Positions 13,151 to 26,890 of a stretch of DNA of 64,000 nucleotides are shown one piece after another (position 1 is the stretch's first letter; every line of letters begins with the position of its first letter). The notes under the pieces are model-generated. The model did not search any database. It saw nothing but the letters and a program-made list of their open reading frames with translations, and was not told the origin of the DNA. The stretch is taken from contig OZ024741.1 in assembly GCA_964016885.1 (NCBI GenBank), positions 344,844,001 through 344,908,000 on the forward strand, written 5' to 3'. The position numbers and the translations under genes are program-made. This DNA comes from Eledone cirrhosa. Taxonomy: Eukaryota.

Positions 13151-13934
13151 TGCCACTGTTCTCATTATCTGCAGTGTGCAAATTGGTACATCGACTAGAC
13201 TTGCCTCCTTCTTCCTCTCATGCATTCACTATTGTTTCCTACCTACCTTCCTCTCTTTGTCTTTGTCCCTTTCTCTTTCTTCTTGCCTCCTTTCTTCAAA
13301 CACACACACACACACACATACACATACACACACACACACACAGCTTCTCGTCTAGCCTTCTTATCCCTCCTCCTTGCCACTGTATTCTATCTTCATAATC
13401 ATCATTATTGCCATTTCTCTCTGCCCTGTTTTTCTCTTCAACTTCACTGTCTTTGATGATGACAATGATGATTATTCCAATCATCATCATCATCGTCGTT
13501 ATCAGTAGAGCTTCAGACAAAATGTTATCCAGCATTTAGTTACATCTTTTTAAATTCTGATATTGAGTCCTGCTGAGGTCAACTTGCTTTTCATCATTCC
13601 AAGTTTGATAACATAAAATACCAGTCAAGTACTGGGAGCCTTCCTTAGACCAGTTGTTGTCTTTCTGATTTTATGGAGGTAATAAGCAGTTTGGAGATCA
13701 AGGACACCCGAGTTCTTGATGACAACCAAAGTGATCAGTCAAGCTGTGGTATTTGGTTATCTTCCTCTCCTCTGCCTTGCAGTGTGGCATTGCCCGGGTC
13801 TGTGGCTGATGAGACAAGGTTGGAGAATATGCCACAGCACATGGGGTGTCTCAGGTTAGGGATTTATCTCCCTCAAATGAGAAGAGAGTTATCACATCTG
13901 GACAATAGAGTTTTATGAAAGTGGACGTTAAATA

Positions 13935-14135
13935 ATAATAATTGTTTCTACTTTTGGCACAAGGCCAGCAATTATCCCAGTACATTACTGGTACTTTATT
14001 TTATCCACCCCGTAAGAATGAAAGGCAAAGTTAACCTCAGCAGGATTTGAACCCAGACTGTAAAGGGCTGTAACTCTGCGCTCCAAAGCATGGTGCCCAA
14101 CCTTCTACCGATACTGCCAATCCACCGCCATTAAA
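13935..14135 (-). mobile_element. Nin/Deu-like tRNA SINE, full length
   Basis: Same family as 8745-9370. Confidence 0.85.
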
Positions 14136-14581
14136 TAATAATAATGAGGATGATGATGCTGATGAATGATATTCCCTCTCCATACACACGAATACATGTA
14201 TCTGTGTGTATATCATGACTCATACACTGTTCTATTTCCTGATATTTGTACATTATTCTATGTATTATACATACACCTTTGATGAATTGTAGTGCACCTG
14301 AGCACTGTATACAATAATTTTCATTATTATTATATATTAAACAAAAAATAAACGTCTATTCTTCATTTTTTTATGCAGTTTATTCTATTTATTATATATA
14401 TTGTTTTGTTTTTTCTAACACTATGGATCCTAGCTGCAGTTAAGAAAGCCTTGTGTGGATATAGCTAACTGGGATTATTATTCCTCAGTAGTGTTGTTCA
14501 AATATGACAAAAGACACAGTATTCAGCAATGCAACCACTATACACTCAATAGTGATATTCAATTATCTCTCTCGCTCTCTT

Positions 14582-14625
<44 letters not shown>

Positions 14626-14894
14626 ATACATGAATACACATATATTATATATATATATATATTTATACACACACCTATACATACATATATATATATATAT
14701 ACTTGAAAATTTAATGAGAAGATCTCACTGTAACTTTGACTAAATATTTTATTTAGTCAAATTTTCAGTGAAATCTAATTCAATTTTCAAATTCTGCTTT
14801 ACATTTTCTAAACACACACACACACACACACACCACCCTCCATACACACATACACATATAGCAACCATTTTAAAAAAAAAGTTCATAAAGATTC

Positions 14895-15130
14895 CTGACT
14901 CCATTTGCTTACTGAGTGAGGTGGAGCTTGTCAAATCAGACCAAGGAAACAATGTTTCCACTGATCTTTCCATTGTTCATACTATCTACTGGTTGCAACT
15001 CCTGGGAGAAGGAGCAATGTGAAATATAGTGTCTTGTTCAAGAACATAGTGCATTGCCCAGTTCTGGAATTGAATTTGCAACCTCACAATTGCAAAGCCA
15101 ATTCCTTCAGCACTAAGCCATGCGCCTTCA
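14895..15130 (-). mobile_element. tRNA SINE (family of 30830-31058)
   Basis: tRNA head plus CTTGAACAAGACACT and a tail homologous to 30950-31050. Confidence 0.65.
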
Positions 15131-17339
15131 CTTATTTTATGAAAGAGCTACAGTTATCTATGGAGTAGGTCCCCAATAATGTTCATGATGATTATTATAA
15201 ATTCTTATAGGATACTTACTTCATGGATAACTGTAGTTCTTTGTTGGAAATGATCTTTCCATGTGTAGATACATGGTCAACTTTGATGAAGGTCTTATAG
15301 ATGTGACTTTGAACTTTTCAACTTTCCAGGCAAAGCCCTTCTCTGAAAAGAAATGAAATTATTTTGAAACTTTTTTTTTCTCCAAAGGCCCTGCATGAAA
15401 ACATTAGAACTTGTGTGTCTTTGCAACATACAAACTTGTTCAAATTTTCAATACTGACCACCCCATGTGTCTTCAAAACCTTTTGTTTAATCTATTTAAT
15501 GAACTTGTTTATTTGGTATTCTTTCCATGGTTGAGGGTTACAGCATATTTTCCTTTGAGCATAGGTTTGTTTGATCAAATTTGATTTGAGTTAAACAGCA
15601 GCAGCAACAAGAACAACAGCAACAACAGGTTTTGCACCACTAGCTCATCAATCAAAGAAACGAGCTGACAAGGGGGACTGTCACTTTGTAGCTCAAACTG
15701 CTAAATAAAGCAACCAAATTTCCCTACACTCACACCCTTCTAAAGAAAGGACTTTAGATAACGTGGTCTTTGATTCTCTGCATATAAGAATATAATGGGA
15801 TGAACACAACTTGATTGCCTTTCATTGTAGGCTGTTCAATCATGGATGACTTAGAGTTAAACAAGGACAACAACAACTACAGAAATATCCAGTCAATTAA
15901 TTATCTATCTTACATCTATTCTAGCAAAATATTCTGAGATTACTCAACAACAATGGCATCAACAATAACAACAGCAGCAACAACACTAGCTTCTCCCACC
16001 AAATTTGAAATATTAAATGTGTCCTCTCTTCAGATCACACTAAGTGGAGTAACCTAATTTTTGTGATTGTTACTCAACGGTCTGCTGCTGATCGGACCAC
16101 CATTAGACTCTTTGGAATCTTGGGATTATATTTCATTAGCAACAAACAGCATTGATATTATTTCAACTCAACACTGCACCACACCATACCACTACACTGC
16201 ACTACGCTACACTACATCATAACACAACACTGCACTGCACTATATAATATCACATCATATCACACTACACCATACCACTACACTATACCACATGACACAA
16301 CCCTTCATGTGCAGCACTGCATTACACCACATAACACTACACTTCACTGCACATCACTACACTACACCACTCAACTCCTGACTGCACCACATAACACTGC
16401 ACTACCCTGCACCACATCACACCACATAACACCACACAACACATTCAATACTACACCATACCACTTACCACAACACTGTACTACATGTCACTACACTACA
16501 CCACACTACGCCAAGCCCTGTCACACCACATCATTGTGCTGCCATTGAAAAGGACATATTGGATAATTTTGATCTTGGATTTCCTTCAGATATAAATAAA
16601 GAGGAGATTGTCATGATTAAAATGTCTATGATCATAGGTGTACATGGTCAGGACTAACCTAGGGCTAGACAACAATAAACATAGATAAATAAATATTGCA
16701 AGTCAGCTTTGGTTTTATACAACAGAACCACACATTTTAACCCTTTAGCATTTAAACCAGCTGTATCCGGCCAGAATTCTCTCACTTCTTTCTGTTCAAA
16801 CTGACCATAACCAGTTGCTTATACTTATGTTAAGGTATTGTTCTCAAAATAAATAATATCAATTCGTAGATTTGATATGTGAGATAAAGTGTTTACCGTG
16901 AAAATAGGGTTAAGGGGTTCCATAGGTTGAAATAATTAATGATTTTAGTAAATCGTTCAAAATTCATCAATAATTAATTGAAATACTTTCACGAAAACAT
17001 TAATGTGATGATTATACTGCATATTTTCATAATTGTTTCTACTTTTGGCACAAGGCCAGCAATTACTCAGTACATTACTGGTACTTTATTTTATCGACCC
17101 CTGCATATTTTCATAATGATTGTTGTCTATAGGTAAAGAAAACATCATAAACATTTGAATTAACATAACAAACCAGATTTTCTACTAAATTGCTAACAGG
17201 ATTACTTAGTAAAGGTTACCTGACATAAGAACTGATGTCTCTAATGTTCACATCTGTCATAACTTGGTAAGTGGAAACACTTTCATGCACATACCAACTA
17301 TTACATTCTCAGCTGTTCCATTAACAGACCTCACTCCTC

Positions 17340-17388
<49 letters not shown>

Positions 17389-17611
17389 CACAAAGAGGAA
17401 GAGATCTTGACAGTCAGTTTCAGCTTTTGGTCTGTGTAGGTTTTCAGTATCTTGGCTAAAAACACAACACAGACATCTAAATCAGTGAGGAGGTTAGGGT
17501 TGATAATCCTGAACATTCTAGGTGCAATCTGATAGTGAAATTAGTCACTAACATCTCTCTTTATCGCTTTCTCTTTATTCTACAGTATAAATTATATATA
17601 TATATATATAA

Positions 17612-17742
17612 CGAAGGAAATGTGGCAAGGAGCCAGGTGGACCACAATACACCAGAGTACTCGATACTTAGGGTAGTAGAGTGGGTAATAGGAAAAGAGT
17701 CAGGACCCCAACGGCTGAGCTCTGGCCGTTTCAACAGCTAGA
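17612..17742 (-). mobile_element. PLE-like 3' end fragment (family of 59639-59820)
   Basis: Reverse complement matches 59687-59815; flanked by (TA)n. Confidence 0.65.
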
Positions 17743-18509
17743 TATATATATGCTAACTGAATACACGCGTGTTTTTTTTACTCGGGGCCTACCCCTAGGT
17801 CTCCTGCCGGTTGGTTTTGCCCATAAAATCTGCCCAGCAATTTTTTTTCCTGAGACATTTTAACTATATGCCCATCAAACAATTTAGTTGATCCTAAATT
17901 ACTTTTTAAAAGTCTGCTACTTATTTTATCAATCTCTATTTGTTGAACCATTAAGTTACAGGATATCTGTATGTATATATGTGTGTGTTGTCTCTTTCTC
18001 TTAATTTTGAGTTTATTTTTGACCAGCCACCTTCCTCATGACAAGGTTATAAAGAATAGGAGATTTTTCTTGTCTCTTGTGCAGTCATTCATTCTTTGAA
18101 TTGTAAAATGTTTTTGCTGGGCTTAAAGTTTCCAGATATTTGTAGTTTATGAATTAAGAAGCTACATTCTTTCTCCATAAATCCAACTTCAGTCATACTT
18201 TGGTCCATGTGGGTTGGTATATATCCTGTAGCTCCAATAATAATAGGTATGAAGTTGAACATCTATCTTGGATACTGGATCAACAAAACTCTCATCAATG
18301 GGACATAGATATACTCCTTATCTTGAATTTTTCTTACTACATTGATATTGAGTGGGCAGCTGACTTCTATAAGAGAGTTTGTTTTTAACGTGTGGTTCCA
18401 AATAACAATATCAAGCCAGTTGTTTTAATTTTATGTATGTATGTGTGCATATGTATGTATGTGTGTGTATGTATATATGTATGCATATGTGTATGTATGC
18501 TGGCTGTAT

Positions 18510-18893
18510 ATTACTTGTGTACAAAGTATGATGTTGCATGGTAGTGAGACATGGATGGTGATTGCGGAGGATATACGAAGGCTGGAAAGGCAAAAAATAA
18601 CTGAACTGAGAGAGAGGCTGCATATAAGAGGATTCAGATGTTGTTTGCAGGAGTAAATATTGGGATGCCATGGACATGTGATGTGCATGGATGGTGACCA
18701 TTGGATGATGAATTTCCTAGAAATCCCAGCGGAAGGAAACCAAGGAAGGCTTGGGCAGAGATTGACAGAACTGATCTCAAATCAATGAATATCACAGCTA
18801 AGTTGACAAAAGGCCAAGATGAATGGAGACACGCTATGCTGGAAAAGGTCCATGCAAGCATGGATATCTAGATATAAAACAGTGATGATGATG
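18510..18893 (+). mobile_element. Degenerate RTE 3' portion
   Basis: MLHGSETW..EDIRRLER..LRERLHIRG; GAT tail. Confidence 0.8.
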
Positions 18894-19050
18894 ATATATA
18901 TATTGTACTGTATCAAACACAAAATTAATATACCATTATTGAATTGTATTGTTCTTCTGTGTCGCTTTTCCTTGTTAAGTTTTCTTATATATATATCTAT
19001 ATATCTATATCTATATATATATATATATATATATGCACATATATATACAT

Positions 19051-19129
<79 letters not shown>

Positions 19130-19140
19130 TATATATACAT

Positions 19141-19189
<49 letters not shown>

Positions 19190-19469
19190 CTATCCTCTTA
19201 CTTTAATCCTGTTTTCCCTTCTATATTTCTAACTTGCATTGTATAGGCTTTCCTAAAATAATTTTAATTACATATATGTGTTTGAATATGTGTGTATGTT
19301 GAAAATTCCTATTTGTCTATAATGTTGCTGTAGATGAATTTTGCAGAATACACCACAAGCTCTCGGCATGACACCTCAGTAAATAATGGAGAGATTTTTA
19401 AGCATATATAAAGATACATCACAATACTGAACTTGTTTACATCCTATGGTTTGTTTTGATGTGAGGAGA

Positions 19470-19551
<82 letters not shown>

Positions 19552-19627
19552 GTATACATATATATAATATACGTATATATATGTATATTATATATATGTA
19601 TATATATATGCATATTATATATATATG

Positions 19628-19709
<82 letters not shown>

Positions 19710-19711
<2 letters not shown>

Positions 19712-19859
19712 AGAGTTAAACAAGGTTCAATGAATACATCAAAGAATGAGTTTTACAATAGATTGAAAGCACTCAACAGTACAATGTTTTCCAGAGTTAT
19801 TAATATTAATTCAAAATATTAACAAAATAGATATCTATTTTGTTAATATTTTGAATTAA

Positions 19860-19862
<3 letters not shown>
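19710..19862 (-). mobile_element. Fold-back insert with a perfect 60-bp palindrome (19803-19862)
   Basis: ATATTAATTCAAAATATTAACAAAATAGAT|ATCTATTTTGTTAATATTTTGAATTAATAT; tail homologous to 7730-7819; within (TA)n. Confidence 0.8.
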
Positions 19863-19892
<30 letters not shown>

Positions 19893-19933
19893 GCATATTA
19901 TATATGTATATGTATATATACATATATATATGC

Positions 19934-20002
<69 letters not shown>

Positions 20003-20702
20003 CCATCTGCGTGGAAGATAGACGTTAAACGTTGATGATGATGATATATATATATATATATGTGTGTGTGATATACATTTAAACCCTTCTTCATAGAATC
20101 CAGCCCAGTCACTAACAAACTGACAAGACATCATGGTTTAAGTCAAGATGGTTTCTAGGGATTTGTGTATATCTGTGTGTGTCTGTGTGTGTGCGTGTGT
20201 TAATGTGTGCATATGTCTTGATAAGTATTTTTGCTTATGTTTTTTTTGTATGTCAGTGTGGTTGTATGAATGTGTTTGCATTCATATCTCTTAACAACAT
20301 GACTGTATACTTGCTTCCTCCCCTCAACCTATACATATTTATGTATGCGTATATATGTATGTTTATGTGTGGTTGTGCGCGTGTGTGTGCATGTGTGTGT
20401 ATGTGTATGTAGGGGGTTACACAGATGGATCAAACAAATGAATGCTCATTGTAGATATTGACAAAAGATCCATCATATAAGTATGTGTGTGTATATGTGT
20501 CTATGTATGTGGGGGATATGTATGTATGTATGCGTGCATGTATGTATATATATATATGTATGTATGCGTGCATGTATATATATGTATGAATGTATGTATT
20601 GCATGCGTGCATGTATGTATGTATGAAGATATATATGTATGTTTGTATGAAGATATATATATATATATATATGTATGTTTGTATGTATATATGCATATGT
20701 GT

Positions 20703-21655
20703 GCATTAGTTCATTCAATTGCACAGATGGTTCTATAGAAATAGTGGACACCTTCCGGTACCTGAGTGATAAAATCAGCAGTGGTGGAGGGTGCTCTAAA
20801 AGTACAGTAGCTAGAGTCAGAATGGGATGGAAAAGTTCAGAGAGCTTATACCACTATTGGCCACTAAAGGTTTCTCTCTAAAAATGAAAGGCAGGCTGTA
20901 TGATGCCTGAATACGAACAGCAATATTACATGGCAGTGAGACTTGGGCATTGTGTGCAGAGGATATACGCAGACTGGAGAGGAACGAAGCTTTCATGCTC
21001 CGTTGGATGTGTAATAGTAATATACGTGAATGGCAAAGCATAAATGAACTAAGGGAGAAATTAGGAATAAGAGGGATCAGATGTGTTTACTCGAGAGAAG
21101 ACTACGTTGGTATGGTCACGTGATGTGCATGAAAGACGACAGCTGTATAAAAAAGTGCAGGGCGACGGTAGCCACGGAGTAGGCAGACCCAGAAAAACCT
21201 GGGACGACCTGATAAATTCCGACCTCACACACTTACACCTCTCCGAGATCTTTGGCGCTATGTAGTAATACAGAAGACCCGCCTTGCCTAAGTACAAAGC
21301 GAAACCTACAATCAGTAGGCACCTCTTAACAAAAATACACCCCCACCCTTTTTGATGTAAAGGTTATGTTGGTACCACAACATCCAGTCCAAAATAAATG
21401 AGGTCGTGTAGGTGTCACAACAAAAAAATACACAGTCCAATCTGTAATGTGGCCATGTAGGTAACACAGTAAAAACCTCCCAGTCCACACTGTAAATGTG
21501 GTTAGTGCTAGGAAGGGCATCCAGCCGTAGAAAACCCGCCAGACAGTCCTATACGAGCAAGACAGCCAATCTTGCCTCAAGTGGGAAAATTCCCGTCCAA
21601 ACCCATGCAAGCATGGAAGATGGACGTTAAACGATGATGATGATGATGATGATGA
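20703..21655 (+). mobile_element. RTE LINE 3' portion (subfamily A, mutated)
   Basis: Homologous to 3070-4071, with stops and deletions; (GAT)n tail. Confidence 0.9.
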
Positions 21656-21973
21656 AGAGATATGTATGTGTAAACATCAGCTAAGAAATTAATAAGCCAG
21701 TGTTATATTTGTTCTACCTAAGTTGTCCATATGCTCCCTTGCCGCTCTTGCTTTAGTTAATACAGTAAACCAATATTTGCTACCTTGGATACTTGTAACC
21801 AATAATTCTATTGTTCATGAATGCACTTGAAAACTTTTAATAGAATATTCATGCAAGCATGGAAAATAGATTTTAAACTATGACAATGATGATGAGGATA
21901 TTTATATAATTAAAAATACATCAATACATACTCACCAAAATACTCACACATGCATGCACACATAAGTTATATA

Positions 21974-22016
<43 letters not shown>

Positions 22017-22021
<5 letters not shown>

Positions 22022-22120
22022 GGTGTCCCCCAAAAATGTATACACACTTGGATTACTTGCATAAGCAATATTTATTAGAATGCACAGCCTTTGTATATAC
22101 ATTTTTTGGGACATCCTTTT
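22017..22120. mobile_element. Tc1/mariner-type MITE (another copy 28755-28832)
   Basis: TA-CAGGGTGTCCC..AAAAATGTATACAC ... GTATATACATTTTTGGGACA.C terminal inverted repeats. Confidence 0.7.
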
Positions 22121-22499
22121 CTATATATATATATATTCTCTGAAGCACATTCACACATATAAACAAATATACACATACAAACATATGTATTCTTTATCTG
22201 TGAGTAAATTCTTTTAGTTTATATTCTGATAGCACTACAGTTCTGTAAAATATTCTACTCAAAATTCAGTGAACAACCATGGTAGCTCTATTAATATTAG
22301 AATATATACCAAAAATGAACATACAGATGCACCATACATAAAACTAATTTTAAGAATTAAATAAGACATCCATGATTTCCTATCACTCACATAATCCTTT
22401 ACAACCACATGACTAATACACTATTAATATGACCATTCTAATTCTGATGATGGGACTGTGAAGGCTTCAAAACATTAATGCACACATGTAAAGTGGTCG

Positions 22500-22915
22500 T
22501 GTAGGAGTCATGACAAAAAACACCCAGTACACACTGTAAACATGGTTGGCGTTAGAAAGGGCATCTAACCATAGAAATCCAATCCCAAACAGTCTTATAT
22601 GAGTAAGACACGGTCAACTAACCCATCTTGCCTCTAAAGGGACAATCCGTCTAAACCATGCTAGTGTAGAAAATGGACATTAAACGATGATGATGATGAT
22701 GGTTTTTGTGCTTTCACTGGGTGAAGAAGTGCCAGGAAATCCCAGTGGAAGGAAGCTGCACTAGAGGTAGATCAAGAATGACTTGGGCAGAGATGGTGAG
22801 AGCTAACCTCATATCACTGAGACTCACAGAGGAAATAACAAAGGTATGCGGCAACTGGAAAGATGCTGTGCTGAAAAAGGAAAGTCCAACCCATGCAAGG
22901 GTGGAAACGATGATT
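22500..22915 (+). mobile_element. Two adjacent RTE 3' fragments
   Basis: 3'UTR ending GGACATTAAAC(GAT)n, then WVKKCQEIPVEG..RGRSRMTWAE. Confidence 0.75.
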
Positions 22916-23021
22916 ATTATTGTTATTTTAGTGTATAAAGCATGCAGATCTACTAAGGAAATATAAACTATCTTTAATAAAAATGATCAAACTGGAGCGT
23001 GGAGTTCTAACATTATTAGCC

Positions 23022-23326
23022 CTACCGAGGTTAACTTTGCCTTTCATCCTTACGGGGTGGATAAAATATAGTACCAGTAATGTACTGGGATAATTGCTGG
23101 CCTTGTGCCAAAAGTAGAAACAATTATTAAACGGCGGTGGATTGGCAGTATCGGTAGAGGGTCGGATGCCATGCTTTGATGCATAGAGTTACGGCCCTTT
23201 CCATTCTGAGTTCAAATCCCGCCGAGGTCAACTTTGCCATTCATCCTTACGAGGTCGATAAAATAAAGTACCAGTAATGTACTGGGTAATTGCTGGCCTT
23301 GTACCAAAGGTAGAAACAATTATTAG
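23022..23326 (+). mobile_element. Partial plus full Nin/Deu-like SINE in tandem
   Basis: GGCGGTGGATTGGCAGTATCGG...GAGTTCAAATCCCGCC...GTCGATAAAATAAAGTACCAG; ATTAGCCCTACC on both flanks is a possible target-site duplication. Confidence 0.85.
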
Positions 23327-23864
23327 CCCTACCATAAACAGGTAGATACCTGTTTATATATATATATATATATATATATGTTAAGTATTTCCATAGAAAT
23401 GGTAAAGGAAAGAGTGCTCTATGTATAGTACAGAGCTATTTAATTATGTAATAAACAACACAATATAATTATAATAATAATAATAATAATGAAATTATTG
23501 TGTACAGTGCTCAGGTGCACTACAACTCATCAAAGGTGCATGTATAGTACATAGAATAATGTACAAATGTCAGGAAAATAAACAGTGTATGAGTCATGAT
23601 ATAATAACAATAACGAAATATTGTGCACAATATAATACATAACATAGATATTTCATCTGATGTATGAACCAGATGTTTCTGTTAGAATCGTCTAACTTCT
23701 TGAAACCTTGAGTAATGGAATAATTATATTGTGTTGTTTATTATATAATTAAAATAAATATATATATATATATATATATATATTATTAGAAAGTGAGGTT
23801 TTTTTTTTTTTTTTTTTTTTTTTACAGAATGAAAAATAACCGAGGTGTCCTACACGAGTGAAAG

Positions 23865-24139
23865 TATAAAGAAAAAAAGATGAAATCGAAAATGCAACTG
23901 GAGTCTTATTTTAAAAAAAATATATATATTTATTTGGTTCCTTTACCGTTTTCACAGTTCTTCTGCTTTTCAAAAGTAGAGTTGAGATGGAGGGTCTGTA
24001 AACCACAGACCCTCCATCTCAACTCCACTTTTGAAAAGCAGAAGAACTGTGAAAACGGTAAAGGAACCAAATAAATATATATATTTTTTTAAAAATAAGA
24101 CTCCAGTTGCATTTTCGATTTCATCTTTTTTTCTTTATA
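23865..24139. repeat. Near-perfect 275-bp palindrome (135-bp arms, 5-nt loop) containing an HHR-like motif in each arm
   Basis: Arms 23865-23999 and 24005-24139 with about 2 mismatches; loop AAACC. Confidence 0.92.
24028..24063 (+). ncRNA. Putative minimal hammerhead, U3-A8 core variant (mirror copy on minus strand ~23941-23976)
   Basis: CTT-TTGAAAA-GCAG aagaa CTGT-GAAA-ACGG-TA|AAG; short helix I and a mismatch in helix III. Confidence 0.45.
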
Positions 24140-24515
24140 TATATATATATCCTGTCAACATCTACATACTGTATCAATTCTGTCAACATCTCCACTGTCA
24201 ATCCTGTGAACATTAATATACTGTATTTAACCAATAGCATCATAATCATCATCTTCACCATTCCTTTCTTCTTTCTTGACACTCCCCCTTACATCATCAT
24301 ATACATCATTGTCTTCATTGCAACAGTGTTTATATTTACATTTATATATTGTTATATTTGGTTTGGTTGGTTTTCGCTTCTGTATCTTTTATATCTCCAT
24401 CGTTAATTTATCTGGCAATCAATGTTTATCATTGATTGACCAACACACGATTTCATATCAAAAACCTTGCAAAACAAATATATTTATATATATTCTATTT
24501 TATTTTATTTCTCAG

Positions 24516-24599
24516 GGAGGAGACGATGCTATCGCTGTGAGGCGCCACAGGGGACGAAATGGAAGACAGATCGAGACAGTTGATCTTTACAAACAGAAG
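24516..24599 (+). CDS. Candidate internal coding exon of an unidentified host gene (GGDDAIAVRRHRGRNGRQIETVDLYKQK)
   Basis: T-rich tract ending TTTCTCAG, then 84 nt that are GC-richer and open only in phase 0, then AAG|GTAGAA; unique sequence. Confidence 0.6.
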
Positions 24600-25649
24600 G
24601 TAGAATTTTACAAATTTTTTTTTATGTCAAGGTATGTGTGTGTGTGGGGGGGGGACAACTTCGGTCTAATGTTGTTGTTGTTGTTTAACCCCAGATGAAC
24701 AGACTTACCTATGATCAAAAGCATTCAAACACAGTATATCCAGATTTATGTAATGCAATGTGTTCCTCATTTTTTTTATTCAAAATGATAGAGGTGTAAT
24801 TTCAGATAAATTTAGCTGTTATTTCTAGCAAGACAAGTGATGATATAGAGGCTCTCTGTCTCTGCCTTTCTCTCTCTCTATTTTGTTGATTCAAGTAGTT
24901 GACTGAATAAATCTAGGTTACATAATATACTTAACAACCGGATCTATAAGAGAGAGATTCGGCTGATACATTGGTCCAGAGCCCAGTAAGTCATAATGAA
25001 GTGGAGGTTATAAATATGTAAGCCCCACTCCTCCTCCTCCACTCTACACATTCCCTAAAAAAGAAAAAAAAAATGTAACCTCTCCCTGAATTTTGAAAAG
25101 AACCTTTTTCTTTAAGATTAGAAAGATGTTTCCACCTTGCAAAATCTTTTTCTCAGAGACCCTTCTTGCTACTTATATATTGCTGCATTTTCCTTCATGC
25201 TTTAGCTCAGGGTTGTGCAAAAGGCAGCCCACAGGCAGCCCACAAGCCACAATCAGACCAGTCAGAGTGGTCTGCGATGACAGTTTTTAATTTTTACCTT
25301 GTAGGCTTATTTAGAATTTTTTTGTAACCGTAATACAATTTTCTGTTAGTTGACCTATACTAAAGGGCTTCACTGATAGGGTTATGTGTATTATAATTTC
25401 CCAGTTCCATGTTATGGAAAGAAGTTGTGGTGAATCTTTGGAATAGTGCTTAATAAATATTAATGGCCCTAATAGTTGCTCTAATGTTCAAAAGTGGCCT
25501 GCCAATGGAATATGTAGCACACCCCTGCTTTAGCTCAAAGGAATGGCTGTTATCACTGAATTATCTTTGTAAAATTTGTTCTACCATTCAGTGTCTGAAG
25601 ATAGTGATAAGAGTTTGTTGGTCTGAAGCTGCTGACAGTTGTGATGTTC

Positions 25650-26890
25650 TTCAAATGCATCCATTAGACACCAACTTAACTTACTTCTGCCAAATAATAC
25701 CTTTAAATATTAATATAGAATTTTTTTTTTCTTGATATAGAATTACCAGATTTATATTTTAATGAAACTATTGGATATCACTGTCAATTCTACAAGCTAA
25801 ACTTTTAGATATTAACATAGTTCTTTCCAATACATAACCCTCAACATGTAAGGAGTGATCTGAATAAAATGTCTATAGAGATTCTTCCAAAAGCACCAGA
25901 TGTCATCAAGCATATTTTTTAAGGTAAAAAAAGAAAAAAAACGAAGTATTTAGATATTAGCGTCATTTCTTCAAAATAATCATCACATGTCAGACATAAT
26001 ACCTTCAAACAAAAACCAACCCAATTTTCTTCACATGAATATTTCAAATGTCAAAACAATTTTTTTAAAACCATATTATAAGATGTCAACAGATTTTGTT
26101 TAAAGCACAAGCTCTTCACATATCAATGTAGTTTTTTCAAACAAAATAAAAACAAAACTTTAAAATTTCTTTAAACAAAATCGTCACATACCAACAAACT
26201 TTACAGAAACAAACAACAACAAACAAAAAAACTCAGTAAATATCAACATAGTGGCCTCAAACAAAATCCATCTTTTCATATCAAATCATTTTTTCAAACT
26301 AACTAGATCACCATATATTGTCAAATATCAATATAGTTTCTTTAAACAAAAGTATTTTGGGGGATGAGATTTCAGATGTGTTTCATTGTTAAATATTTCT
26401 CCAAGCATAATATTCAAATGCAAATATATGTTTTACAAAAATGTATATGAAAGTAGTCACAAGGTTTTTTGAGATAGAAATATTTATTTAACGAAAAAGT
26501 ATCCGAATCCAAACATATAATATGAAAATGTATATCAAAGTTGTAACAAGATTTTTTGGAGATGTAAATATTTATTTAATGGAAAAATATCCAAATGCAA
26601 ACATATAGTATAAAAAAAGAAGTTATATCAAAATGGTCACATAATTTTTTTGGAAATGTAAACATCTATTAAATGAAACAATCTTTCAAAAGTCAGCCTA
26701 GTTCCATTGAGTGAAAGATATGAAAAGTCAACATAAGATTTTAGAAATAAAGCCTTTGGAATGGGGTTTCTTCAAACAAAATCTATGGATATAAACACAT
26801 TTTCATCAAACAGAAACAACTTCATATTGCATTTTCACAGATATTTCAAACAAACATCCATCTGCTTCAACATAATTTCTTGAAATAAAA
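25650..26890. repeat. Highly decayed ~40-45 bp (locally ~88 bp) minisatellite
   Basis: Recurrent motif A(G/A/C)ATRTCAACATA..TTCTTCAAACAAAA; better-preserved ~88-bp units at 26390-26680. Confidence 0.55.

Noticed and set aside
12257-13355. Long ORFs (322 aa Asp-rich and others)
   Set aside because: Trinucleotide repeats open in several frames on both strands; no splice or domain support
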